Source: Thelocarpon superellum (lineage: Eukaryota). From it: a DNA stretch of 64,000 bases. Location: contig JAPEUG010000056.1 of the NCBI GenBank assembly GCA_026025795.1, positions 1 through 64,000 on the forward strand, written 5' to 3'. The position numbers and the translations under genes are program-made. The notes below the pieces were generated by a model. That model ran no database searches, was not told the origin of the DNA, and was given only the letters and a program-made list of their open reading frames with translations. Shown here in pieces: positions 1 through 11,943 of the stretch; positions within the stretch are counted from its first letter, which is position 1; each line of letters starts with the position of its first letter.

Positions 1-911
1 CCGCCGCCCTGGCCACCCGGTGCCTGGCCAAAGCTCGCGTGGGATGCGGGCATTGCTCGAGAAGATGTTAAAGTGCATGGTCCGTCCTCCCTGCTGCTGA
101 TGGGGCTCGTATACAGAGTCTGCCGTCGGCTCAGCAGATCGGCCCTCCTCTCTCCGCTTGATGAACCGTGTCTTCCGTCTGCGCATGAGACATCTGGCAT
201 ACCGGACGAGACCCGGTCAGAGATCTCCGCCCTGCGTCGAAGTGACGCCACCAGAGCGCGTGCACCGGTTGGCCCAGCGAGGGAGGCTGGTCATCAGCCG
301 AGCGACTTTCGTTTCAGCGATCGCCGAGACTCGCCTGGCAAGATTGTCGTCCCGTCGAAGCGCGTCCACGAGGTACGGCACAAGCGCAAGAGGGCAAGGA
401 CGGCCCTGCAGCAGGCGTGTCAGAGTGCCAGTGCCAGTGCCAGTGCCCGCGCCTTGCCTGACCGAGGTTCCGCCGCCGCCATCGTCGCTTGCCCGCCCAG
501 CACGCGGTCGGCGGGCGAAGCCTGCTGCTGGGCACTGGCATACAGGGTGCGGCCCGTGTTTCCACGAGATCCTTCCAAAACTCAGACCGGCCGCTTGATA
601 AGACGCCGGCTTAATCTAGACGCGTTCCCAACCAACGCGGCGGAAGGCCGTGATTGAGTTCCATCGACGATTGACCAGCGTCCGCCCGAGGTGGGGCTTT
701 TTGCATGATTCTATTCCGCCACGCTGGTCGATATCACCACCGTCAATAACACCCTCACCCTCACCCTCACCCTCGCTCCCCGCCCACCCTCACCTCTCTT
801 CATCATTGGACCGCGCGCGATATCCGGCGCGAGAACAAACCCTCCACCCTCTCCAGACGCGCGCGCGGACACGTCGGCAGCAGGGAGGCCTTAAGGAGGC
901 CCGCCGCGACC

Positions 912-3482
912 ATGTCGCCGCTGGATCGTGAATCGCCCTCACCGCCGCTGTCCTACCCCCCGTCCCCGGCAATGGAGGAGACCGGTGAGCTCACCGTGAC
1001 CTCTCCTCATCTGGCCCCGACCCCTCGACAGCGCCTGCAACGGCGGCGGTCCTTCTTCGCCCGTCGACCGGGCAGCGCCGCTTCGGGCTCGACAGTGTCT
1101 GGACATCGATCCGGGCAGTCGTCTCTGGCGTCCATCGAACCGCTACCGTCCCTCCGCCTGACGTCCGACGGCTGCTCCTCTCACGCCACGTCGTCCTGGG
1201 CGAGCGACGAGCTGCCGCCGCCGCCGCGGAATCTGTTCACGCTCGGCACCAAGCAGTTGAAGAAGCACGCCAGCAAATTGAGCCTTTCGTCCATCACCAC
1301 CGGCAACGAGGACGTCGAGGAATCCGAGGGATGGAAGGCGGCGCAAGAGCGGGTATGGAAACAAGCTCGGGAGGAGGAACGTCGGCCGGCACGGCGATCA
1401 CGCAAGCCAGGTATGCGTCTGGACGGCGACCCATGTCCCGGGCTTCCCACTGACCTCGACCTAGACCCGGTCCAGAAGCGGAATATCTCGGCGCCCTTTG
1501 ATTTTCAGCACATCACCCATACCTCGCGCAATCAGTTTCCGGAGCTGCGAAACCTTCCCTCCAACCAACTCAGCAGCGAGTTCTATGCCGCGCGCGCCGC
1601 ACAGTTTCCCCGCCGGGAGCTGCAAGGGATCAACGCGCAGGACCTCCACGCCACAAGCGAGCGATCGGACAGCGCAAAGATGTCGGAAAGGAGGCCGTTG
1701 TCGGCCGAGGCGACGCCCGAAGCACGACCGTCGCGGCCAGCACGACATGTGCCCGGAGGATCATGCTCCGCCATTGACGTCGCGCAGCTCTCACGACCGG
1801 GCACCTCGATGGGTGCCGGCGCGCCCTCCCGGCCGAGTTTGCCAAAATTTCATCTACCCAATGTGGTGCCGCCGCCGCGAACGTCGTCCATCAATGGCAA
1901 GAAGCGAAGATCGGAGCGACAGTCGGCCGTGAAGGGTGTCACGGCGGTGTTCGACGACGAGCGGCCGCTTACGAGTGCCGGATTCTGCCGTCCCATGCCC
2001 TTGGATGCCATGATCGCCTCGTCCAATCCTCCACCGATCCCCAGCAGCGTGACGGAGGTGGCGGCGGTGGCGGCGTCGGCGGCGTCGTTCATGCCCCACG
2101 CGGTGACCACTCCCGACAACACGGCGCAGCCGCTCAAAGCGCCCATCCTGCCCGCGCTCCCCGGCCTCCCCGGGGTGGAAGAAGAGCCGGAATCGAGTAT
2201 GCCAGCCGCACAGTCGCGTATCAGCTCCGGATCGACGCTGTCCCAGCGCATGGTGCGCCATGCCCGGTCGGTGCCTGATCTGAAGCGTGCGTCGCGGCGC
2301 CAGCCATCTCAATCATCCGTCGCGCCCATGGCCGAGGGTGAGACCCGGGCAGGTAGCACCGGTCCGTCGTCGGCGTCCACCTTGAGCAATCATCGCCGTT
2401 CGTCCTCGCGGCCGTCGGTGGCCTCGAGCGCCACGGATCGTGCCTGGGAAGACGACATCGACTATTGCTACGACCACGCGGCCGAGGCCAACTGTGACTA
2501 CCAATGGGAGCGTCACTCCATCGGCAAGAGCCCGATCCAGGAGGTCTCCGCGGAAGGGGACGAGGCCGAGGAGGTTCCAGACACGGAGGCGGCCACAGTT
2601 CCCGACAGCCCGACCTTACAATATCCGCGTCCGTACGAGGCATCGCCGGCGAACGCATCAGGCGCCGCGCCATCTGCGGCTCGTCTGGCGCGGACGCGCG
2701 GGCCGCCGCTGGTGGTGCCGTCGTTCCCCCCGAGCGCCGCGGCCGATTCCAGTCCGGCGGGTTCGTCAGCCGCGTATGGACCGGAAGCCATCACACCCTC
2801 GGACTCGCTCAACCTGGCGCACCCGCCGACGGTGCGACGTGCTTCGTTTGCCGCGGCCTACGGCGAGCCAGATGACTTTACGCACGCCGTGCCGGCGCCG
2901 CATCTTGCGGCGCAGATGCTGCAGGACTCCATGTACCGCGAGATTCTGGGCGAGAAGGAGCAGAAGGAGTCGTCCTTTTCCTTCTTTGACGCCACCGCCG
3001 AATTGCCCGAGCGGGTGTCGTATCGCAGCAGCGACACACCTTTGAGTAAGTGCGAGTCCTACGAGAGCTTCGACTTTGGCCAGGGCGTTTCCATCACGCC
3101 CGCGCCAGGGCACGACTCGATCAACTCCAACAGCAGCGTGCCGGCGTTGGTGCACAGCCAACTGCGCGAGGAGGAGACCGAGGGCGCGGAGGGGGAGTCG
3201 GTGGACGAGGTGACATCGTTGAAGCTGGTCAATGGGCTCAATGAATACCGACACAGCGTGTCGTCGTCGACGTCGCGCCTGTCGCGCGCCAATTCGGATG
3301 CGGCGGCCAAGGCGCTACGGAGCATTGCTCGGTCGCGTGAGTCGACAGCGCGGAGCCGGGTGCGGTCGATGAGCCTGGTGAACTCGCCCTTGATCGGGCA
3401 GACGGATGCCCACGCCGATACCTTTCCGCTGTCTTTTCCCGCCGAGGTCATGCAAGCCCCGGCAGGACGAGGATCGGTGTAA
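912..3482 (+). CDS. CRIB (Cdc42/Rac-binding) domain protein, largely disordered
   Basis: 856-aa ORF with CRIB motif ISAPFDFQHITHT and a WEDDIDYCYDHAAEANCDYQW block typical of this fungal family. Probable 54-nt in-frame intron at 1411-1464 (GTATGC...CTGAC...TAG). Confidence 0.8.
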   Translation: MSPLDRESPSPPLSYPPSPAMEETGELTVTSPHLAPTPRQRLQRRRSFFARRPGSAASGSTVSGHRSGQSSLASIEPLPSLRLTSDGCSSHATSSWASDELPPPPRNLFTLGTKQLKKHASKLSLSSITTGNEDVEESEGWKAAQERVWKQAREEERRPARRSRKPGMRLDGDPCPGLPTDLDLDPVQKRNISAPFDFQHITHTSRNQFPELRNLPSNQLSSEFYAARAAQFPRRELQGINAQDLHATSERSDSAKMSERRPLSAEATPEARPSRPARHVPGGSCSAIDVAQLSRPGTSMGAGAPSRPSLPKFHLPNVVPPPRTSSINGKKRRSERQSAVKGVTAVFDDERPLTSAGFCRPMPLDAMIASSNPPPIPSSVTEVAAVAASAASFMPHAVTTPDNTAQPLKAPILPALPGLPGVEEEPESSMPAAQSRISSGSTLSQRMVRHARSVPDLKRASRRQPSQSSVAPMAEGETRAGSTGPSSASTLSNHRRSSSRPSVASSATDRAWEDDIDYCYDHAAEANCDYQWERHSIGKSPIQEVSAEGDEAEEVPDTEAATVPDSPTLQYPRPYEASPANASGAAPSAARLARTRGPPLVVPSFPPSAAADSSPAGSSAAYGPEAITPSDSLNLAHPPTVRRASFAAAYGEPDDFTHAVPAPHLAAQMLQDSMYREILGEKEQKESSFSFFDATAELPERVSYRSSDTPLSKCESYESFDFGQGVSITPAPGHDSINSNSSVPALVHSQLREEETEGAEGESVDEVTSLKLVNGLNEYRHSVSSSTSRLSRANSDAAAKALRSIARSRESTARSRVRSMSLVNSPLIGQTDAHADTFPLSFPAEVMQAPAGRGSV

Positions 3483-4159
3483 CAAACGTGTATGAGTAGA
3501 GCTGAGATGACCATGACTGTGACGATGGATAGAATTATGAAGAAACGTGTCTCCGGAGAGATGCCGCGCTCTCGTCCGCTTGGGCACTTGTGCACTCCTC
3601 GTCGTCCTGACCTTGATCATGGTATGGGTGCGAGAACGAAGTGAACCGAAGAGGGGTGCGGTGGACAGCGTCACGTGCTCGGATCCCGTTGCTGGTGCAT
3701 CGCTAGCGCCGGCTCGGTAGCGTATCCGACAGCTGCTATTCGTTAGTGAGCTGGTGGCTGCTACCGAGCGCTCGCTTCGTTTCCCTCTCGACTTTGGTTT
3801 GTTGACACCAGGCGTCCTCCCCGCTAAGTCACACCGTTACGACGACGCCGCCAGCGAGTACTCGTTCTCGTTCTGATCGGCACTTCTCCCTTGCCTTACG
3901 GTGGACGGGATCAGATCCATCATCGACCTTGTGATCCCGTGCGCTGCTCATTCATCTGCACCCGACAGCTTACACTCATTCTGCAACGGCTGTTGGAATA
4001 GACCATCGGCGTCCGTTCGATGACGGTTGATTGAATCAATCCCACATCGCTAACCGCGGGCGGACCGACTTTTGAGCCTCTGCTCCTTCGCACGTCCGCC
4101 CTTATCATCTCCTCGCTCTCGTCGTCCTCGGTCCCTTCCGATGTGTCGTCGGGCTTTCC

Positions 4160-6454
4160 ATGCCCGCCATGCCTTCTCATGAAGTCTCCATCATGGAGCG
4201 ACAGTGGGTGAATGTGCAGCAGAAGACCTTTACCAAGTGGTTCGTTTCATCCCAGGGTCGATGAGTCGGAGCCTGTCCTGACGAGTCTAGGGTCAATACC
4301 AAGCTCAACGCCCGAGAGGTGACCATCAATGACTTGGTCGCCGACCTATCGGATGGGGTACGTGGGGACGAATAGCTTATGTGACGCCCGTGCTGATCGC
4401 TCGCGCCAGGTCATCCTCATCCACCTTCTCGAGATCCTCGGAAATGAATCGCTCGGGCGATATGCGTCCAAGCCCAAGCTTCGGGTGCAGCGATTCGAGA
4501 ACGTCAATATCGCTTTGGCCTTTATTAAGTCGAGAGGGATTCAGATGACCAACATTGGGGCAGAAGATGTCGTGGATGGAAATCGCAAGTTGATCCTGGG
4601 CTTGATCTGGACGCTCATCCTTCGCTTCACCATCAGTGACATCAATGAGGAGGGCATGACGGCCAAGGAGGGGCTGCTGTTATGGTGTCAACGGAAGACG
4701 GCGTGCTATGACGAGGTGGAGGTGCGGGACTTTTCCGCTAGCTGGAATGACGGCTTAGCCTTGTAAGTGGCCTGAGATGGCGACGGAAGGATTATGGTTG
4801 ACGCCGACGTCTAGCTGTGCATTGCTCGACATCCACCGACCGGATCTCCTGGACTACGACAACCTGGACAAGTCGGATCATCGAGGGAATATGCAGCTCG
4901 CGTTCAGCATCGCGCAGAAGGAGATTGGCATTCCGGAACTGCTCGACGTTGAGGACGTGTGCGACGTGGCCAAGCCGGACGAACGTTCGTTGATGACTTA
5001 CATCGCCTACTGGTTCCATGCCTTCTCGCAGATGGAACGCGTGGAGAACGCGGGCCGTCGGGTGGAGAAGTTCGTGCAGAACATGCAGGGGTCGTGGGAG
5101 ATGCAGAATGCCTTCGAGCAACGCATGCGAGATCTGCTCCGACAGATCGCACGCCAACGCCAACGGTGGGAGCAAGCGACGTTTGCCGGGACCTACCTGG
5201 ACGCGAAAGAGCAGGCGATGGAGTTTAGCAAGTACAAGAGGAGCCAGAAGCGAGAATGGGTGGCGGAGAAGTCGGACCTGGTGGGCCTGTTGGGCAACAT
5301 CAAGACGAAGATGAGCACCTATCAGCTTCGACCCTACGATCCACCGGCCGAGTTGGGGTTGGAACGGTTGGAGCGGGAGTGGGCCATTTTGATGAAGGCG
5401 GAGCGGGCCCGGAGCCAACTCATCAACGAGACGATCCGAGAGTGAGTCTCTGGAGTAATTTTGGAGACCACGTGCTGACGGCGACAGCATCAAGAATGCT
5501 CTGCGACGCTCGTTCGCCGACAAAGCCAACGAGTTCGCCCTCACCCTCAACACGCTCTCGATGGCCATCTCGGGTCTGGAAGGTGACGTGCAAGACCAAC
5601 TGGAGCATGTGCAGAAGCTCCACGCCAACCTGGCGCCGCTGGAGGCATATCTCGAGACCATCGCGGCGGTGGACCAGCAATGCGAAGAGGCGAACATCGA
5701 GGAGAATGACTTTACGACGTACACGTACGACGAGCTGGCGTACGAGATGGGCCTGGTGAAGTCGTCGGTGGCCAAGAAGCTGTCGTTTCTGGACAACCAG
5801 ATGGTGGCGCGGAACATGACGAACCTGACGCCGATCCAGTTGGAAGAATTCGAGAGCGTCTTCCGCCATTTCGACCGCGACCTGGGCAACTCGCTGCAAG
5901 AGATTGAATTCAGCGCCGCCCTTGCCAGTCTGGGGCTCGTGTACGACGAAGTGGAGATGCACGACGTCTTCCGTGACGTCAGCCACGGGCGCAGCTCGGT
6001 CGGCTTCGAGCAATTCATCCGCTTCATGGTCAGCGTGACGGAGGACCAGCACACGGCGGAGCAAGTGCTCCAATCCTTCCGCGAAGTGGCCGACGGCAAG
6101 CCGTACGTGACGGAGTTGGATCTGCGCCATTCGCTCGTGCCGGACGAGGTGATTGAGCAGCTCACCAAATCCATGCCGCGACACACGGGGCCGGATCTGT
6201 TGGAAGATCGACAACGTGCCAAATTCGATTATGGTTCCTTTATGGATAAGTTTTTGGGCGGAGGGCATGACGACAGCAGCGCCGCGGCGAATGGGTACGC
6301 GAATGGACACGCTCGTGGACATTCGCATTCGCACTCGCATTCTGATCGCATCGCCCACGGCGCCATACACGGCCGGAATCACCGTCACAGTCAGAATCAG
6401 GGATACAACGGAAACGGAAACGGATACATCAACGGGCATGGAAGCGGGCATTGA
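4160..6454 (+). CDS. ain1: Alpha-actinin-like protein (two CH domains, spectrin-like rod, EF hands), multi-exon
   Basis: Exon 1 reads QWVNVQQKTFTKW. Later exons give LRVQRFENVNIALAFI, LGLIWTLILRFTISDI, AKEGLLLWCQRKT and PDERSLMTYIAYWFHAF. Four GT-AG introns near 4240, 4358, 4763 and 5442. The start could be ATG 4160, 4169 or 4193. Confidence 0.93.
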
Positions 6455-7257
6455 CTGATTCGGCCCAAGGAGGCTGGCTGATGGTCGATTTGATTGACGG
6501 TACTGTTACACGGATTGGCATGGACCGGAATTGAATCGAACCGAGTAGAATGGAGTAGAATTCAACTTGGTAGTACCTTTTCATGCACGTTGTCGTACTC
6601 ATGGAAATGTAGACACGGTGATGGTGTCGTCGTAGCAGTAGTGATGAGGATCGTGGTGGTAAAGAGCAGGGTAAGAATTCGAAAACGATATGGATCCCAT
6701 GCTGAAGTTCGCGGCCTTTGGTCACTCCTATTTATATGTCTGAACGCAGCTCAGCTCAGCTCAATTCAACTCCACTCATCCTTCTCCATCCGCCTGGTCC
6801 ATCTGTCTGCCTCTATCTCTCTGGACCATCCGCCTCGCGTGCTCTTCCGACTCACACTCTCACTCTCGCATCATGCATGTGGGTGCAGTCGTGGGTTGTG
6901 CAGATGAGAGAATGTAAAGGAAGATGGCGGAGAAGAGGGAGGACAGAAGAAAGGAGAGAGGAGAAGAGAGAAAGACGGAAACAAATGTGGAGAAATGGAG
7001 AAAGAAAAGAGGGAAAAACAGAAAGGTATGGAGAAATGGAGAAATGAAGACAGACACATCAATGTTCCCACCCCCCCACTCCGTCCTTGATTCCTTCTCT
7101 CTTCTTTCTTCAACGGCCCGCCCCCTCCCCAAATCTGTCCATCGGCTTGTATCCCTCATCCCTCATCCTTCTCAGTCAACTGCCCCGCCGGATCCACGCC
7201 GAGTCGTCTTTGTCCTCGTCCTCATCCAGGTACCTGTCATTGTCGTGGTCATATCAT

Positions 7258-7288
7258 CAACCAACCAACCAACCAACCAACCAACCAA
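7258..7288. repeat. (CCAA)n microsatellite
   Basis: Tandem ccaa units just beyond the CLA4 stop codon. Confidence 0.85.
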
Positions 7289-7315
7289 TCGACCCAAACT
7301 AATTAGTAGCGATGA

Positions 7316-10300
7316 TCAATGCCCAGGCGTCTTGCGAAAGCGTAACAAATCCGCCAAACTCGCCAATGAGCACCCGTTCTTGAGAAAGTCATGACTGAGC
7401 AGTTCCGTCGCACTCGCGCGACTCTTGACGTCCACGCAGAGACAGACGGACAGGAAGGCTTTGAGCTCCTTGGTCAGCTTGTCGGGTTTCTTGAGTCGTG
7501 GCGTGCCGTTCGTCGCGATCAGATAGAGCGCTTTGAGCGGCTCTTCGTTCAGGTACGGTGGCTCCGACTCGATCATCTCAATCGCCATGATGCCCAGCGA
7601 CCAGATGTCCACTTTCGACCCGTACTCCTTCTGCTTCACCACCTCTGGCGCCATCCAGTATGGCGTCCCGACCATCGTGGCCCGCTTGCTCTTCGACTCC
7701 GTGAGCTTGGCGCAGAAGCCAAAGTCCGCTGTGGCATGTTAGATGGGCAGTTCACGCCCCTCTCTTCCCACCGTAGAGGACTTACTGATCTTCACGTTTC
7801 CTCGCCCGTCCAACAAGACGTTGTCGCTCTTGATGTCGCGATGGATGATGTTCTGCAGATGGAGATGTTCCAATCCCTTGCAGGTCTGTGAGTGGTAAGT
7901 CAGCCGCCGTCTCCGTTGGATCTCCCCAGCTCCATCGCCCACATACCTCCAGACAGATGGTCGCAATCTGATCCTCCGTGATGCCCGAATTGTTGTCAAT
8001 CACATCCGTCAACGCCCCGCCCTCCATGTACTCCATGACGACCCACAGCTCATTCGTCCCGCGGAGGAAGGAGTCCAGGAAGTTGACGATGTTCGGGTGC
8101 TTGCTGTCCTTCATGACGATGATCTCATTGACGATCAACTCCTTCCGTGGCTGGTTCTGCAGGTCCATCTGCTTGATCGCCACCTGGCCCTTGCTTCCCT
8201 GCGCCCGCAGCACGCCCACCGCCGTCGGCGACACCGCGTTCTCCTTCACCTTGGCCACGTACACCGACCCGGATGCGCCTTGCCCAATCTTCTTCTGCTT
8301 CGTGTACGACAGATTCGGGTCGTCCTTGGACACTACCGCCCGCAGCTTCGCCATCACCTCGTTTTCTGTCATGCTGGACATGCGCACATCCTCCTTGCGT
8401 GACGACGGCTCTTTCTTGGTCAGCGCCGCCTCGGCCGCCTTGACGGCGTCCGTCTTGTCGTCCGGTCGCTTGGTGCCGTTGGGCTGCTTCGAACCCACGT
8501 TGAGTGGCTTGGGCGCACCCACTGGCGCCGGGAGGCGTGACGGGGGTTGGCCGTTGGCGGGGGCGCGCGCGTTCTGACTCGTCTGTCCACTGGTATTGGT
8601 GGGGAAGCGTGGACTCGGCGTACGTTGCGCTCCGTTGTCGGCCCGCGCCCGCAGGCTTGCTTGCGAGCTGCCGGGGGACTGCTCGCGCGCCGTTGCGCCC
8701 GACTGGTTACCGTAATTCTGAGGAGGTCGAGCGTTCGACTGGGCCGACGCCCCGTTGGCGGCGTGCGGGGCTGATGGCGCGGGTCGTTGTGCCGTCATCT
8801 GTCGCAGCGACCCCGCTGGCTGCTGTCGTGATCGATCAGTCTGCGGCGCCGTCGGCGCGGCGCGCGTGGGATTGTATCGTGGAGACGACGAGTCGTCCGG
8901 ACCGCCGCTGAATCCACCCACCTCTTGCTTGGCCATGGGCTGCCGCGTCTTTGGGAGGGTGGCATTGTACGCTTCCAGCTCCTCTCGTTCGCGCTGCTCG
9001 CGCTCCCGTTCACGCTCCCGTTCACGCTGCTCGTGTTCCCGATACTCCTTCTCTTGTCGCCGCCGGTGGGCCTCTTGCTCCATCCGACGCTGGTCGTGTT
9101 GCGACGCCTCGTTGGAGGAATAAGGCATGTGGGGCATCTGCGGACGACTTTGCATCTGCGCTTGCGATTGGGACTGTAAGTCGTAGTCCGACCGTCGTCC
9201 GGTCGAGCCTGGCGTCAGACTCTCGACCCGCGAGGGAATGTCACGCGTCCGGTCGGAGCCATAGCTGTCCATCCGCGGCTTCTGGCTCGCTCCCATGGAC
9301 GGCGGCGAGGGCCTCGAGCCGGCAATGGAATTCCCTCCCCCACCCATGCCGAACGCCTGCTTCTTCTGTCCCACGTTGATGGGCGGGTTGTGACCGGGGC
9401 TTGCGAGCTGGTCGGGGTCTTGCGCGCGATTCTTGATGTCGGAGTAGAACTCGAGCACTTCGATGACGGCTTGGGGATTCTTCTGATAGTCTTCCTTGGT
9501 AATGGCCGATGCGGTCAGCAGCTTTTCCCACTCGGGCGGCAAGCCGACAAAGGCACCACTCCGCGGATCAAAGCCAACGTGAATCTGGTGAGAGAAATTG
9601 GTGGGGTTGCTGACGCCGCCCATGCCGGGACATCGCGAGTAGATGTTCTCGATCCAGTCGTAGATCTCCTCGTCATTCTTGACCTGGCAGATGATGGTCT
9701 TCTGCGGTAGATCGCGGTTGGACACGGCCAGGCTCGAGCTCGACGAGTTGGGGTTGGCCACGCGCACGATCTCGAAGGCAAACTGCGGCGTCTCGACGCG
9801 CGAGACCCCGGTGACGTCGCGGAGGTTCACGGTGAAGGAGATCTTCGGCGAGGACTCGTTCTTGTGGAAGTCGAGCGTGGTCTCGCGCAGGATGAGGTAC
9901 TTGCTGGACCACATGAAACCGCGAAGGCCGTCTTCTTTGACCTTGGCGTAGCCTTGCTTGATCACGGCAAGGCCGCCTTGGCCACTGGACCCCGGCTCGG
10001 TGCGAGTCAAGGAGGTCAAGGAGGTGGTGGAATTGGCATATGATGCGCTGGACAGGGACTTGATCGAGGGTGATGGCTGAGGCTGGTGTAAGCTCAGATT
10101 CGACATATTTCCCGGCATGTTGGCCGTGTTGGGCGTGAGGTTCAGACGGGGCCGCTCGGTGGGCGGGCGGGGGGCCGGGCCCGGATTCATGAACTGACTT
10201 GGCGAATAGATGCTGGGAAGGGTGGAGGTCAGCATGATGACGAGCCGTCCCGTGCAACGTGAGTGACCCAATGAGCGGACGAGGTCGGTCAAATTTGGAC

Positions 10301-10357
10301 AGCCTTAAGAGATGCGGGAGGCCGGAGATCTTACTGGGAGGACTGCGACGACGCCAT
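7316..10357 (-). CDS. cla4: PAK family kinase Cla4 (PH + CRIB + kinase)
   Basis: PH domain, [20 protein letters not shown], and kinase motifs [17 protein letters not shown] and [10 protein letters not shown] short first exon MASSQSS (ATG 10357) splices into [15 protein letters not shown]. Two further introns lie in the kinase domain. Confidence 0.95.
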
Positions 10358-11943
10358 GGCGGCGGCGGTGGATGGGGAAAAGGCTCAGGCCGTTGCAGCA
10401 GAGAAAATGAGATCACGGTCGAGGGCGGCCGGGCTCATCCACGACTGTGGCGGCACCGCACTGGCCGTGCAGCGTGGGCCCGGGTCAGGCGCGGCGAGAC
10501 GAGCGCGCGGTAGCCGGAGTCCGGGCGCTCAATGGCCGGCAAGGTCTGCGTAGCGACGATTTGGTGTCAGAGACGAACGACCGAGGTTGTGGGGCCGCCG
10601 AAGATGGTGCCGGCGAGATGTATTGCTTGCTTGGCGTTGGCGATGAAGTTGTGGTTGATGAGCGGCTCACTCCGACAGCGTGGTGGGGACTTGATTGTCG
10701 TCGCGGCGGCAATGGTGGTGGTGGCGGCAATGTATGGCAACGACGTCCTCCCTCTGGATCGGAGTACTCGTGGCGGCGGTGGTTCTCGCCGTCCTGGTAG
10801 CGTTGGCGGTGGACGATGGACGGGGGACTCAGCGCCAGTGGTCAAAAGCACGGTCCCATTAATTGAGACAGCGGGCGCCGACCAAAGTACCGTGGCATAG
10901 AAGTCTGTATGCTCAACTACTTCCACGGCTTACCAGGGTCGCTGCCGTGGCTGACTCTAGAAGCGGACAAGCATGCGAAGCGAACAGCCCGCTTTTCAAG
11001 CAGATCGAGCAACGCGGCCGACGGAGGAACGACGCAGAAGATGGCTGGCACGCGGTCTCTCGGGTATCTTGGACGAAAGGACGGAAACATGGCGTTCCCT
11101 GGGCATGATCAATGACATGATCCTATTGATTCCGACAATGGAGCCTAGTCTATTGTGCGCCCACGTCTGGAACCCTGCGGTAGTCACACGGAGCCATGGC
11201 CATGGCAGTGACTGGATGTGCGGTCCGACACTTCTGCTCCGTCAATCGCCATGTTTGACCACTGGTCCTAGGCTCGTGGCTGTTAGTCTGTCGCCCTCGC
11301 TCACTTACGGCGTCCCCGTAGCGAACTCGTGCTCGTGTACCTTTCACACGATCCACTGATGGCCCAACCGACGCCTGTGGCACAGTGCGCTTACTCAAGG
11401 GTTTAGGGGGCAGGTGGGACGGGGCGGGGGATACCCGACAATTTATCGCACCGACACAGGGATGTGCGCGGGGCTCTGCCAGATACCCACCAGCCCCATG
11501 GGTGCATCCGGGCTCATCACTCCAGTGCATGCGAGCTGGCTGTTCCCAGTTCATGACACACGCGCCCGTGCCACTGGTGAGGAGGGCATCCGCCGTCAAG
11601 CGAGGGTCGCCGGCGGTGGTGGGAGGACGGGTGGATGTCGCCCGAGCTCAGCCTCAGCTCCTCCAGCTTTCCCCTGCAACTGGCACGAGCACAACCGGCT
11701 AGCTAGCCTGAAACGTCGGGAGGACCGGCCGATCTCCACATCCTTCTTCGTTGAATTCCTCCTGTCCTGTTCCGGCCATTTCATTGGTCGACCGGTGACA
11801 GGGAAGCTCTTAGCTCCGACAGACATTTTGAGATCGTCATGCCGTGCCACTGCGTCACGCCTCTCAAGAAGACAAGAGTCCTATTCTACAGGATGGATAT
11901 ATGGCTACAGGATAGGCCACATCGATCGTACAGGCGGCGATCA

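Noticed and set aside
1..79. Possible minus-strand gene start running off the left edge (MPASHASFGQAPGGQGG from ATG 53)
   Set aside because: Too short to support without the adjacent sequence.
4792..6451. Long antisense ORFs (476 and 342 aa) over alpha-actinin, and similar ones over other genes
   Set aside because: Shadow ORFs expected from GC-rich codon bias; no protein motifs.
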